In this document: positions 8,932-20,044 of the stretch, piece after piece
Layout of the letters: every line of letters begins with the position of its first letter
How positions within the stretch are numbered: the stretch's first letter is position 1
DNA from: Alphaproteobacteria bacterium
GTDB taxonomy: Bacteria > Pseudomonadota > Alphaproteobacteria > JAAXGF01
DNA: 64,000 nucleotides
Assembly: GCA_963555825.3 (NCBI GenBank)
Contig: CAUVXB020000002.1
Coordinates: 1,664,001 to 1,728,000 of the forward strand
Direction: 5' to 3'
Made by a program: the position numbers and the translations under genes
The notes under the pieces: model-generated
Seen by the model: only the letters and a program-made list of their open reading frames with translations
Databases searched by the model: none
Told to the model about the DNA's origin: nothing

Positions 8932-10176
8932 TTGCCGACCCTCAGGCCGGTTCGCGGCACCCATGACCTGTTGCCCGAGGACAACAGGCGTCACCGCCGG
9001 GTGATCGAGACGTTCCGCGACATCGCCGAGCGCTTCGCCTTCGGCGAGATCGCGACGCCGATCTTCGAGTTCGCCGAGGTATTCAAACGCACCCTTGGCG
9101 AGACCTCGGACATCGTTACCAAGGAGATGTACAGTTTCACCGACCGCGGCGGCGATCTAATCACGCTGCGCCCCGAATACACCGCCGGCATCGCGCGCGC
9201 CTTTATCTCGGGCGGCTTGCGCCAGCAGCTGCCGCTCAAGTTCTACGGCCACGGCCCGATGTTCCGCTACGAGCGGCCGCAGAAGGGCCGCCAGCGCCAG
9301 TTCCACCAGCTCGACGCCGAGATCCTCGGCGTCGCCGAGCCGCTCGCCGACATCGAGGTCATCGCGCTTGGCGCGACCCTGCTCGACGAGCTCGGCATGG
9401 CCAATGTGACCGAACTCGAGCTCAACACGCTGGGTGACCCGGAGAGCCGCGCCGCCTACCGCGCCGCGCTGGTCGACTTCTTCGGGGGCCACCGCGACGC
9501 GTTGTCGGAGGACAGCCTCGTGCGGCTCCACCGCAACCCGCTGCGCATCCTCGATTCGAAGGACGAGGGCGACCGGGCGGTGATCGTCGACGCGCCACTG
9601 ATGGCTGACTATCTCAACGCCGCCTCGACCGACATGTTCGACGCAGTGCGCGCCGGGCTCGACTGCCTCGGCATCGCCTATCGCGTGAATCCCAGGCTGG
9701 TGCGCGGTCTCGATTACTACACGCACACGGCCTTCGAGTTCACGACGCAGGCGCTCGGCGCCCAGGGCGCGGTCATCGCCGGCGGCCGCTACGACGGCTT
9801 GATCGAGGCCATGGGCGGCCCGCCGACGCCGGGCATCGGTTGGGCGGCCGGCATCGAGCGATTGGCCTTGCTGCTTGCCGAGCCGCCCGCGGCGCCCCGG
9901 CCGATCGCGGTCATTCCGGTCGATGCCGGGGCCGAGGACGAGGCGCTCGAACTCACGCACCGGCTGCGCAGGGCGGGCTTCACGGTCGATCTGGGCTATC
10001 GCGGCAACGTCTCGCGGCGCATGAAGCGGGCCAACCGCATGCACGCCCGCGCGGCGCTGTTGCTCGGCGACGACGAACGCGCACGCGGCGCGGTCACATT
10101 GCGTGACCTCGATTCGGGCGAGCAGGTCGAGGTGCCCCTCGCGGAGCTCGAGGACCGGCTCGCGCCCTATCGTTAG
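8932..10176 (+). CDS. hisS: Histidine--tRNA ligase
   Basis: RGTHD, LRPEYTA, FRYERPQKGR, LVRGLDYY, GGRYD; TTG start at 8932 after GAGGAG. Confidence 0.96.
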   Translation: MPTLRPVRGTHDLLPEDNRRHRRVIETFRDIAERFAFGEIATPIFEFAEVFKRTLGETSDIVTKEMYSFTDRGGDLITLRPEYTAGIARAFISGGLRQQLPLKFYGHGPMFRYERPQKGRQRQFHQLDAEILGVAEPLADIEVIALGATLLDELGMANVTELELNTLGDPESRAAYRAALVDFFGGHRDALSEDSLVRLHRNPLRILDSKDEGDRAVIVDAPLMADYLNAASTDMFDAVRAGLDCLGIAYRVNPRLVRGLDYYTHTAFEFTTQALGAQGAVIAGGRYDGLIEAMGGPPTPGIGWAAGIERLALLLAEPPAAPRPIAVIPVDAGAEDEALELTHRLRRAGFTVDLGYRGNVSRRMKRANRMHARAALLLGDDERARGAVTLRDLDSGEQVEVPLAELEDRLAPYR

Positions 10177-10183
10177 CGCCGCC

Positions 10184-11472
10184 ATGAGCGGCCCCCAAAA
10201 CCCACGTTTCCTGCTCGTCGGCGCCAATCATCGCTCGGCGTCGGCCGACCTGCGCGACCGACTGTTCGTCGACGAGAGCGACTTCGGCGATATGTTGTCG
10301 CGCTTGCGCGGCGCGGGTCTCGATCAGGCGCTGTTGCTGTCGACCTGCGATCGGGTCGAGGTGCACGCGCTGCACGCCGACCCGGCGGTTGCCGAGCGGG
10401 CGATCATCGAGACGCTGGCCGCCCACGCCGGGCTCGCGCCGGACGACATCGCCGGCGAGCTGTGCGTCTTGCGCGACGAGGCCGCGGCGCGCCACCTGTT
10501 CGCTATCGCCGCCTCGCTCGAGAGCCTGGTGATCGGCGAACCCTTCGTTCTCGGCCAGGTCAAGGAAAGCCACCGCGCAGCGCGCGCTGCCAATATGGTC
10601 GGCGCCGAACTCGAACGGCTGCTGCAGGCCGCCTACGCGGCGGCCAAGCGCGTGCGCAGCGAAACCGCGATCGGCGAGCGGCCGGTGTCGATCGCCGCGG
10701 CCGCGCTGGCGGTGTCGCGCGATGTTCATGGCGATCTGGCGGGCGCCGCGGGCCTGGTGATCGGCGTCGGCGAGATGGCCGAGTTGGTTGCGCGCCAGAT
10801 GCGTGAGGCCGGGCTTGGCCGTCTCGTCGTCAGCCACCGCTCGGCGGCACGCGCGGCGTCGCTGGCGCGCCGGCTCGACGCCAATGTCCAGCCGATCGAG
10901 GCGCTCGGCGACGCGCTCGCCGCCGCCGACATCGTGATTTGCGACGTCGGTCTGGGCCGCTACGTGCTGACCCGAGATCTGATGGTCGAGGCGCTCGCGC
11001 GACGGCGCCAGCGGCCGGTCTTCGTCGTCGATCTCGCCGTGCCGCCCGACACCGACCCTGCGGTGGTCGAGTTGGACGGCGCCTTCGTATACGATAGCGC
11101 CGATCTGGAGCGCGTCGCTCAGGCCGGCTTGGCCGGTCGCGAGGCCGAATCGGCGGCCGCCTGGCGGGTTGTCGACGCGGCGCTGGCGGATTATCTGCGC
11201 GCCCGGTCGATGCAGGCGGCGGCGCCGGCTATCGTCGCACTGCGCGAGCGGTTCGAGACGGTGCGCGAGGACGTGCTCGCCGAGACCGGCGGCGACGATG
11301 CCTCGGCGGCGACGCGGCTTCTGGTACAGCGCCTCTTGCATGCGCCGAGCGAGGCGCTGCGCGAGATCGCCGGCGAAGACGGCGGCGGCGCGACCCATCG
11401 GCGCGCCGAACGATTGCTGCGCCGCCTGTTCGAGCTGGGCGCCGATGACACGACGACCGAGGAGGACCAGGC

Positions 11473-11476
<4 letters not shown>
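10184..11476 (+). CDS. hemA: Glutamyl-tRNA reductase (C5 ALA pathway)
   Basis: [15 protein letters not shown] (catalytic Cys), [31 protein letters not shown]; stop overlaps prfA start (GTGA). Confidence 0.9.
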
Positions 11477-12546
<1,070 letters not shown>

Positions 12547-12554
12547 TCCTTGGT

Positions 12555-13424
12555 ATGAGCGAGACCGTGACCATCGGCGCGGCGCTCGGCGCGGCGTCGC
12601 GGCGGCTCGAGGCAGCCGGTGTCGACGAGGCGCGACGCGACGCCCAGGTGCTGCTCGGCCATGTCCTCGACGCCGGTCGCGAGATCCTGATCGGCTACCC
12701 CGAGCGGCCGCTGACGACCGACCAGGCGATCGCCTTCGACGATCTCGTCGCGCGCCGCGCGCTGCGCGAGCCGGTCGCGCATATCGTCGGCGAACGCGAA
12801 TTCTGGAGCCTTGCCTTCCGGGTCACCGCCGACACGCTGGTGCCGCGACCGGCGAGCGAGACCGTGGTGGCCGCGGCGCTCGATATGGTTGCCGACCGCT
12901 CGGCGCCGCTCACGCTGCTCGACCTCGGTACCGGCAGCGGTTGTCTGTTGCTGACACTGTTGAGCGAGCTGGCGCACGCGCGTGGCGTTGGCGTCGACAT
13001 CAGCCCGGCGGCGCTCGCGGTCGCGCGCGTGAACGCCGATCGTCTTGCGCTGTCGCATCGGGCGCGCTTCCTGTGCGCCGACTGGGGTGGCGCGCTGACC
13101 GGCCGGTTCGATCTGATCGTCGCCAATCCGCCCTATGTCGACGTCGACGAGGTGCTGGCGCCGGAAATCGTCGACTACGAACCCGGCATCGCGCTCTATG
13201 GCGGCGCCGACCCGCTCGACGCGTACCGTGCGCTGGCCGGCGATCTTCGCCGGCTGCTGGCGCCGGGCGGCGCGGCGGCGCTCGAGATCGGCCAAGGGCA
13301 GGCCGCGTCAGTCACCGCTCTGATGGCGCGCGAGGGCCTCGTCGAGACCGCGCGGCGCGCCGATCTCGCCGGCATCGAGCGCTGCCTCGTGCTGCGCCAT
13401 GACGACACATTCGGCGGGTCATGA
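12555..13424 (+). CDS. prmC: Release factor glutamine methyltransferase
   Basis: REPVAHIVG, LVPRP, LDLGTGSG, NPPY; follows prfA. Confidence 0.95.
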   Translation: MSETVTIGAALGAASRRLEAAGVDEARRDAQVLLGHVLDAGREILIGYPERPLTTDQAIAFDDLVARRALREPVAHIVGEREFWSLAFRVTADTLVPRPASETVVAAALDMVADRSAPLTLLDLGTGSGCLLLTLLSELAHARGVGVDISPAALAVARVNADRLALSHRARFLCADWGGALTGRFDLIVANPPYVDVDEVLAPEIVDYEPGIALYGGADPLDAYRALAGDLRRLLAPGGAAALEIGQGQAASVTALMAREGLVETARRADLAGIERCLVLRHDDTFGGS

Positions 13425-13618
13425 GAAAAAAGTTCTTGGAATGTGGCGGCGTCTTGATAAAGTACCGCCCCAGATGGATCCGCGAGATAGACCATCGGGG
13501 CCATGAGGGCTCCGGCGCCGCCGTAGGCGGGCGAACAGGTTCCATCCGCTACTGACAACGACAATTGAAGCGAGCGGCAGCGTGCCGCTGCGCATTTGGG
13601 AAATGAAATGAAGCAGTC

Positions 13619-13969
13619 ATGAGACCTGGCTTCCATTCAAAACGGCCGCGTAACAATCGTTCCAATCCCCGCAGAGGGCCGTCGAACAATCGTTCGAACT
13701 CCTTCGACAGCAACGGCCCCGACGTCAAGGTGCGGGGAAACGCCAACCAGATTTGCGAGAAATATCTGTCTCTTGCGCGGGATGCGACCTCATCCGGCGA
13801 CCGTGTCATGGCCGAAAGCTATCTTCAGCACGCCGAGCACTACCAGCGGATCGTCAATGCGAACGGATCGGCCCAACGGACCGATCAGGCGGCCCAGCCC
13901 CGGGCAAGCGGAGAAGTCAAGCCGACAGCCGACGACGTCGAGGAGCCGGTAGCCGCCGCGCGGTCCTGA
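13619..13969 (+). CDS. DUF4167 family protein
   Basis: FDSNGPDVKVRG...EKYLSLARDA...GDRVMAESYLQHAEHY; standard position after prmC. Confidence 0.9.
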   Translation: MRPGFHSKRPRNNRSNPRRGPSNNRSNSFDSNGPDVKVRGNANQICEKYLSLARDATSSGDRVMAESYLQHAEHYQRIVNANGSAQRTDQAAQPRASGEVKPTADDVEEPVAAARS

Positions 13970-14099
13970 CCCGGTAACGCCCGGTCTCGGCCGGGCCGTT
14001 TCCGAAGGCAACGATGTGACAGTGTGCCGGCGCCGCCGGTAGGCGGACCATCCGTGTCGAATACGGACGCTAGCCACACGATGTGTGGCCTGGCTTGTG

Positions 14100-14136
14100 T
14101 GGCATGCCAAATTCCTTATACAATGTCAATATGCCA
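14100..14136. promoter_or_regulatory. Candidate GntR/FadR-type operator region upstream of tctC
   Basis: Perfect palindrome TGGCATGCCA (14100-14109) plus related CCTTATACAA and CAATATGCCA in an AT-rich patch. Confidence 0.4.
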
Positions 14137-14246
14137 CGGGGAGGCGCTGCCCTGACCGGGAGCGATCGTGGATGTTTACCTGCCATCCGGCGGGGCGTAC
14201 GCTACACGTTCCCGACTAAGAGAGTTGGCCCAATAGGGAGGATCCA

Positions 14247-15236
14247 ATGAATAACTTGCTGAAATCAGCAATGCTTGCGTTTGGTACCGTGGCGCTGCTC
14301 GGACTCGGTACGACGGTCACCGCGCAGGACGCCGCCGCGGCGTGGCAGCCCAAGAAACCGGTCGAATTCGTCATCATGGCCGGCAAGGGTGGCGGCGCCG
14401 ACAAGATGGCGCGGCTCATGCAGACGATCATCGAGAAACACGGCCTGTCATCGAAGCCGTTCGTGCCGATCAACAAGCCGGGCGGTTCGGGCGCCGAGTC
14501 GCTGATCTATCTGAAGCAGCACGATGGCGACAACCACGTCATCATGGTCACGCTCAACAGCTTCTACACCACGCCGTTGCGCCAGCCTGACCTCGGCGTC
14601 GACATCTCGACCTTCACGCCGATCGGCCGCATGGCCGAGGACACGTTCCTGTTGTGGGTGAATTCCGACACCGACATCATGAACGTCGGCGACTTCGTCA
14701 AGGCCGCCAAGGCGGCCGGCAACGACTGGATCATGGCGGGCACCGGCAAGGGCCAGGAGGACCAGCTCCTTACCACGTTCCTCAACAATGCCTATGGCCT
14801 CGACATGAAGTACGTGCCGTACAAGGGCGGCGGCCGCGTCGCCAAGGAGCTGGCCGGCAACAACGCCCACTCGACGGTCAACAATCCGTCCGAGCAGCTC
14901 GGTTTCTGGGAGGCCGGCAAGACGCGCGCACTGGCCACGTTCACGGCCGGGCGGCTGGCCGTCTTCCCGGACGTGCCGACCTTCAAGGAGCTCGGCAAGG
15001 ACTACGTCTACTTCATGCAGCGCAGCGTGGTCGGCGCGCCGGGCATGAGCGAGGAGGCCGAGACTTTTTACCGCAACGTCTTCGCCCAGGTCTACGCCAG
15101 CGACGAGTGGCAGGGGTACATGGCCAAGAAGAGCCTGCTGGGCGGCTTCCTGACGGGCGCCTCGCTGAAATCCTATTGGACGCGCGAGCGCGCGATCCAC
15201 GAGACCATTCTCAAGGATATCGGCGAGATCAAGTAA
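14247..15236 (+). CDS. tctC: Tripartite tricarboxylate transporter substrate-binding protein (TctC/Bug)
   Basis: Signal peptide, WQPKKPVEFVI..G.GGGAD, NKPGGSG, VPYKGGG, PDVPTFKE. Confidence 0.9.
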   Translation: MNNLLKSAMLAFGTVALLGLGTTVTAQDAAAAWQPKKPVEFVIMAGKGGGADKMARLMQTIIEKHGLSSKPFVPINKPGGSGAESLIYLKQHDGDNHVIMVTLNSFYTTPLRQPDLGVDISTFTPIGRMAEDTFLLWVNSDTDIMNVGDFVKAAKAAGNDWIMAGTGKGQEDQLLTTFLNNAYGLDMKYVPYKGGGRVAKELAGNNAHSTVNNPSEQLGFWEAGKTRALATFTAGRLAVFPDVPTFKELGKDYVYFMQRSVVGAPGMSEEAETFYRNVFAQVYASDEWQGYMAKKSLLGGFLTGASLKSYWTRERAIHETILKDIGEIK

Positions 15237-15288
15237 GCGGGGCGCGTCTCCGCACCGCGTAGGCGTTAGTAGGGAGAGGACCGCGATC

Positions 15289-15795
15289 ATGCGGCGGGCC
15301 GAACTCGTCATGGCCGCCACGATGGCGGTCTTCTCCCTTTACTTGATGTGGAAGAGCGCGGAGCTGCCGGTCGGCTGGATACCCGGCGAAGGACCGGGCG
15401 GCGGGGCGTTCTCGTTCTGGCTGTCGGCGGGCATGCTGGTCTGCTGCGGCGCGATCATCGTCAAGTGGTTCCGGCGGACCAGCCCGCAGTCGCGCTCTGA
15501 CGAGCCCTACATCGACGCGCGCGGCCTCAAGCTGGTCGGCGTCGCCGCCGGCTCGCTCACCGTCATGATCGGTCTGATCCACATCATCGGCGTCTATGGC
15601 TCGGTGCCGCTGTTCATGCTCTTCTACATGCGCTACATGGGCCGCCACCCGTGGCTGATGACGAGTGGCGTCGCGCTGGCCATGCCGGTCGTCACCTTCT
15701 TTTTCTTCGAGATCGCCTTGAACATCACCCTGCCCAAGGGGCTGCCGGTGATCGAGGAGACGATCTTCTACCCCTTGTTCGACATCTTCTTATGA
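15289..15795 (+). CDS. tctB: Tripartite tricarboxylate transporter small membrane subunit
   Basis: 168 aa, 4-5 TM helices, GPGGG and C-terminal LPKG; lies between tctC and tctA. Confidence 0.85.
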   Translation: MRRAELVMAATMAVFSLYLMWKSAELPVGWIPGEGPGGGAFSFWLSAGMLVCCGAIIVKWFRRTSPQSRSDEPYIDARGLKLVGVAAGSLTVMIGLIHIIGVYGSVPLFMLFYMRYMGRHPWLMTSGVALAMPVVTFFFFEIALNITLPKGLPVIEETIFYPLFDIFL

Positions 15796-15902
15796 GCATG
15801 TCGCGCGGGACTATGAGCGCCGCCGGCGCACCGCCGGACGCGTGGCGGGCGCACGGCCGAACGACGGCGACCGGCGAATCCGCAGGCAGCGGCTGAGCGA
15901 CG

Positions 15903-17423
15903 ATGGATATTCTCAATCTTCTGATCGGCGGGTTCGCCGTCGCCTTCGAACCGCTCAACCTGGCGGTCATCGTCGTCGGCTGCGCGGTCGGCCTGTTCGT
16001 CGGCGCGATGCCGGGGCTGGGCTCGGTCAACGGCGTCGCCATCCTGTTGCCGATGACCTTCCTGGTGCCGCCGACCTCGGCGATCATTTTCCTCGCCGCG
16101 ATCTATTACGGCGCCATGTACGGCGGCGCGATCTCCTCGATCATGCTCGGCATACCCGGCGCCTCGACGGCGGTCGCCACGGTGTTCGATGGCCGGCCCA
16201 TGGCGATGGCCGGCAAGGCCGACAAGGCGCTGGTCGCGGCGGCGACGGCATCCTTCGTCGGCGGCACCATCTCGGTGGTGCTGTTCACGCTGTTCGCCCC
16301 GCCGCTCGCCGAGGTCGCACTGACCTTCGGCTCGCCCGAGATCTTCGCGCTGATGATCCTGGCCTTCGCGACCTTCATCGGGTTGGGCGGCGACGACATA
16401 GCGAAGACGCTGTTCTCGATTTTCATCGGTCTGGTGATGAGCGCCGTCGGCCTCGACATCATAAGCGGCCAGCCGCGGCTGATCTTCATGGATCTGCCCG
16501 GCTTCTACCACGGCATCAACTTCCTGGTTCTGGCGATCGGCATCTACGGCATCGGCGAGATACTGTGGACCATCGAGACGACCAGGGGCGAGATGACGCT
16601 GTCGAAGGCGACGGTGTCGTTCCGCGGCATCGTCGCCAACATTGCCGCGCTGCGCCACAACATCAGATCGATGGTGATGGGCTCGTTCCTGGGCTATTTC
16701 GTCGGCATCCTGCCGGCCGCCGGCGCGACGCCGGCCTCGCTGATGGCCTATGGCGTCGCCAAGACCATCGCCAAGGACCCCGAGAGCTATGGCAAGGGCA
16801 ACGTCGACGGCGTGGTGGCGCCCGAAGCGGCGAACAACGCGGCGTCGACCGGCTCGATGCTGCCGATGCTGACGCTCGGCATTCCAGGCTCGCCGACGAC
16901 CGCGATCCTGCTCGGCGGCATGGTCATCTGGGGGCTCGAGCCGGGCCCGCTCCTGTTCGTCGAGCACAGTGACTTCGTCTGGGGCCTGATCGCCAGCCTC
17001 TATGCCGCCAACCTGTTCGCGGTGCTGATCAACATCGCCTTCATCCCGGCGTTCATCTACATGCTCAAGACGCCGTTCACCGTGCTCGCGCCGGTTATCT
17101 TCGTGCTGTGCATCATCGGCGGCTACGCGCCGACCCAGGACATGCACGATATCTGGCTGATGCTGATCTTCGGCGTCGTCGGCTATCTGATGCGCAAGCT
17201 CGACTACCCGATGGCTCCCGCCGTGCTCGCCATCGTGCTCGGGCCGCTCGCCGAGCCGGCGATGCGCCAATCGCTGCTGATCTCGAACGGTTCGTTCATG
17301 ATCTTCTTCGAGCGGCCGTTCGCCGGCGTCATCATGGTCACCGCCATCGCGCTGTTCCTGCTGCCGCTGATCCGGGTGCTGAAGCGCGCGCGCGGCAAGG
17401 GCGAGGGGGGTACGGCGGCGTAG
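15903..17423 (+). CDS. tctA: Tripartite tricarboxylate transporter large membrane subunit
   Basis: GAMPGLG, YYGAMYGG, DGRPMA, APEAANNA, LTLGIPGS. Confidence 0.93.
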   Translation: MDILNLLIGGFAVAFEPLNLAVIVVGCAVGLFVGAMPGLGSVNGVAILLPMTFLVPPTSAIIFLAAIYYGAMYGGAISSIMLGIPGASTAVATVFDGRPMAMAGKADKALVAAATASFVGGTISVVLFTLFAPPLAEVALTFGSPEIFALMILAFATFIGLGGDDIAKTLFSIFIGLVMSAVGLDIISGQPRLIFMDLPGFYHGINFLVLAIGIYGIGEILWTIETTRGEMTLSKATVSFRGIVANIAALRHNIRSMVMGSFLGYFVGILPAAGATPASLMAYGVAKTIAKDPESYGKGNVDGVVAPEAANNAASTGSMLPMLTLGIPGSPTTAILLGGMVIWGLEPGPLLFVEHSDFVWGLIASLYAANLFAVLINIAFIPAFIYMLKTPFTVLAPVIFVLCIIGGYAPTQDMHDIWLMLIFGVVGYLMRKLDYPMAPAVLAIVLGPLAEPAMRQSLLISNGSFMIFFERPFAGVIMVTAIALFLLPLIRVLKRARGKGEGGTAA

Positions 17424-17484
17424 CGACCGCCGATAGACGCCGATCGATGGCGACGTGCTTGCGGTGGGCGATGTATTAGATATA

Positions 17485-17494
17485 TTGTATACCA
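17485..17494. promoter_or_regulatory. Candidate GntR/FadR operator upstream of the regulator gene
   Basis: TTGTATACCA, one mismatch from palindromic TGGTATACCA, in an AT-rich patch ~60 bp before ATG 17551. Confidence 0.45.
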
Positions 17495-17550
17495 GAAATC
17501 TCGAGGTCGCCCGGGCGCCCACGTCCCGGCACCGAACGGAGCGTTTCGAC

Positions 17551-18240
17551 ATGGCCACCGTGCGCGCCAACGTTCAGCCGATCGACGTCACCGTCAGCCT
17601 GACGGACAAGACCTACGACGCGCTGAAGGCCGCGATCACCTCGATGAACATCTATGATGCGCCGGGCGAGCCCAGGCTCGACGAACGCCAGCTCGCCGCG
17701 GACCTGGGCGTCAGCCGGACGCCGATCCGCGAGGCGATCGCGCGGCTCGAGCAGGAGGGCTTCCTGCGCATCGAGGCGCGGCGCGGCGTCTTCATCGTGC
17801 GCAAGACAAAACGCGAAGTGCTCGAGATGATCACCGTCTGGGCGGCGCTCGAGGGCATGGCGGCCCGGCTCGTCACCGAGCACGCGTCCGACGCCGAGAT
17901 CGCCACCCTGCGCGAGATGTTCGCCACCTTCGAGAGCGGCCAGGTCGAGGCCAAGATCGACGAATATTCCGAGACCAACATCAGCTTCCACCAAGCGCTC
18001 TTGCGCCTCGGCAAGTGCGATCTCTTGAACCAGATCGCCGAGAACCTGTTCATCCACATGCGCTCGATCCGCATGCGGACGATCGCCGAGGACCACCGGG
18101 CGAGCCGCTCGATCATCGACCACATGAACATCATCGAGGCGCTCGAGCAGCGTGACACCGAGCTCGCCGAGCGTCTGGCGCGCCAGCACACGCTCGACCT
18201 CGGCGCCCATGTCGAGAAGAACGTCGACTATCTCGACTGA
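17551..18240 (+). CDS. GntR family (FCD domain) transcriptional regulator
   Basis: LDERQLAADLGVSRTPIREA wHTH; FCD His residues (SFHQ, IDH, RQH). Confidence 0.92.
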   Translation: MATVRANVQPIDVTVSLTDKTYDALKAAITSMNIYDAPGEPRLDERQLAADLGVSRTPIREAIARLEQEGFLRIEARRGVFIVRKTKREVLEMITVWAALEGMAARLVTEHASDAEIATLREMFATFESGQVEAKIDEYSETNISFHQALLRLGKCDLLNQIAENLFIHMRSIRMRTIAEDHRASRSIIDHMNIIEALEQRDTELAERLARQHTLDLGAHVEKNVDYLD

Positions 18241-18288
18241 CGAATGGCTCGACCGAACAACGGCGCCTGCGGGCGACGGGAGGAGACC

Positions 18289-20007
18289 ATGGCTGAAGCG
18301 GCAAAGAACGTCACAGAGATAAGGGCGCCCTCGGGCAAGATTTCGGGCGGCCACCTGGTCGCCAAGGCGCTCAAGAACGAGGGTGTCGACGTCATCTTCA
18401 CGCTGTGCGGCGGCCATATCATCGACATCTACGACGGCTGCCTCGACGAGGGCATCAAGATCATCGACGTGCGTCACGAGCAGGTCGCCGCCCACGCCGC
18501 CGACGGCTATGCGCGGATGACCGGCAAGCCGGGCTGCGCCGTGGTCACCGCCGGGCCGGGCACGACCGACGCGATGACCGGAGTCGCCAACGCCTTCCGC
18601 GCCGAAAGCCCGTTCCTCCTGATCGGCGGCCAGGGCTCGCTGAGCCAGCACAAGATGGGCTCGCTGCAGGACCTGCCGCATGTCGACATGATGCTGCCGA
18701 TCACCAAGTTCGCCGCCACCGTGCCGTCGACCGCGCGCATCGCCGACATGGTCTCGATGGCGTTCCGCGAGTGCTATAACGGCGCGCCCGGCCCGTCGTT
18801 CCTCGAGATTCCACGCGACGTGCTCGACGCCGAGGTCGATCTCGATGCGGCGCGCATCCCCGAGGCCGGCCGCTACCGCGCCTCGACCAAGCTTGCCGCC
18901 GACCCCGACGACGTCGAGCGGCTGGCCGACATCCTGGTCGCGTCCGAGCGCCCCTGCGTGTTGTTCGGCACCCAGGTGTGGACCTCGCGGGCGCATCAGG
19001 AGGCGCGCGAATTCGCCCGCACCCTCAACATCCCGGCCTATCTCAACGGCGCCGCGCGTGGCACGTTCGCGCCGGGCGATCCGCACCACTTCCACCGCAC
19101 CCGGCGCATGGCCTTCGACAAGGCCGACGTCATCGTCATCGTCGGCACGCCGTTCGACTTCCGCATGGGCTACGGCAAGCGCCTGCGCGCCGACGCGACG
19201 GTCGTGCAGATCGACATGGACTACCGCACCGTCGGCAAGAACCGCGACATCTCGCTCGGCCTGGTCGGCGACATCGGCCGCGTGCTCGGCGCGGTGACCC
19301 AGGCGACGACCGGCCGCGTCGACAACGGCGCCGGGGGCCGCCAGGCGTGGCTCGACGAGCTGCGCGCCGAAGAGATCGTGCGCACCGAGAAGCTGATGCC
19401 CGAGTTCACCTCCAGCGCGACGCCGATCAACCCCTATCGCGTCGCCTGGGAGATCAACGAGTTCCTCACCGAGGACACCATCTACATCGGTGACGGCGGC
19501 GACGTCGTGACGATTAGTGCCCAGGCCGTGCAGCCGCATACGCCGGGCCACTGGATGGACCCGGGCCCGCTCGGCACGCTCGGCGTCGGCGTGCCCTTCG
19601 CGATGGCGGCCAAACTCGCCCATCCCGACAAGGAGGTGCTGTGCTATTTCGGCGACGGCGCCTTCTCGCTGACCGGCTGGGACTTCGAGACCTGCGTGCG
19701 TTTCGGCCTGCCGTTCCTCGGCGTCGTCGGCAACAATTCGGCGATGAACCAAATCCGCTGCGGCCAGATCATCAAATACGGCGAGAACCGCGGCGACGTC
19801 GGCAACATCCTGGGCGACGTGCCCTACGGCAAGTTCGCCGAGATGCTCGGCGGCCACGGCGAGGATGTGCGCGATCCCGATCAGATCCGTCCGGCGCTCG
19901 AGCGCGCCCGCGAGGCGGTCGCCGGCGGCCAGCCGGCGCTGGTCAACATTTGGGTCGACCGCGATATCTGGGCGCCCGGCACGCGCAACCAGACGATGTA
20001 CAAATGA
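18289..20007 (+). CDS. ThDP-dependent enzyme; probable oxalyl-CoA decarboxylase / 2-hydroxyacyl-CoA lyase type
   Basis: VRHEQ catalytic Glu, TAGPG, GDG...NN ThDP motif, LCGGHI; 37 bp upstream of frc. Substrate inferred from context. Confidence 0.75.
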   Translation: MAEAAKNVTEIRAPSGKISGGHLVAKALKNEGVDVIFTLCGGHIIDIYDGCLDEGIKIIDVRHEQVAAHAADGYARMTGKPGCAVVTAGPGTTDAMTGVANAFRAESPFLLIGGQGSLSQHKMGSLQDLPHVDMMLPITKFAATVPSTARIADMVSMAFRECYNGAPGPSFLEIPRDVLDAEVDLDAARIPEAGRYRASTKLAADPDDVERLADILVASERPCVLFGTQVWTSRAHQEAREFARTLNIPAYLNGAARGTFAPGDPHHFHRTRRMAFDKADVIVIVGTPFDFRMGYGKRLRADATVVQIDMDYRTVGKNRDISLGLVGDIGRVLGAVTQATTGRVDNGAGGRQAWLDELRAEEIVRTEKLMPEFTSSATPINPYRVAWEINEFLTEDTIYIGDGGDVVTISAQAVQPHTPGHWMDPGPLGTLGVGVPFAMAAKLAHPDKEVLCYFGDGAFSLTGWDFETCVRFGLPFLGVVGNNSAMNQIRCGQIIKYGENRGDVGNILGDVPYGKFAEMLGGHGEDVRDPDQIRPALERAREAVAGGQPALVNIWVDRDIWAPGTRNQTMYK

Positions 20008-20044
20008 CGCGCAACGGACAAACAAATAGGCGACGAGGCAACCC

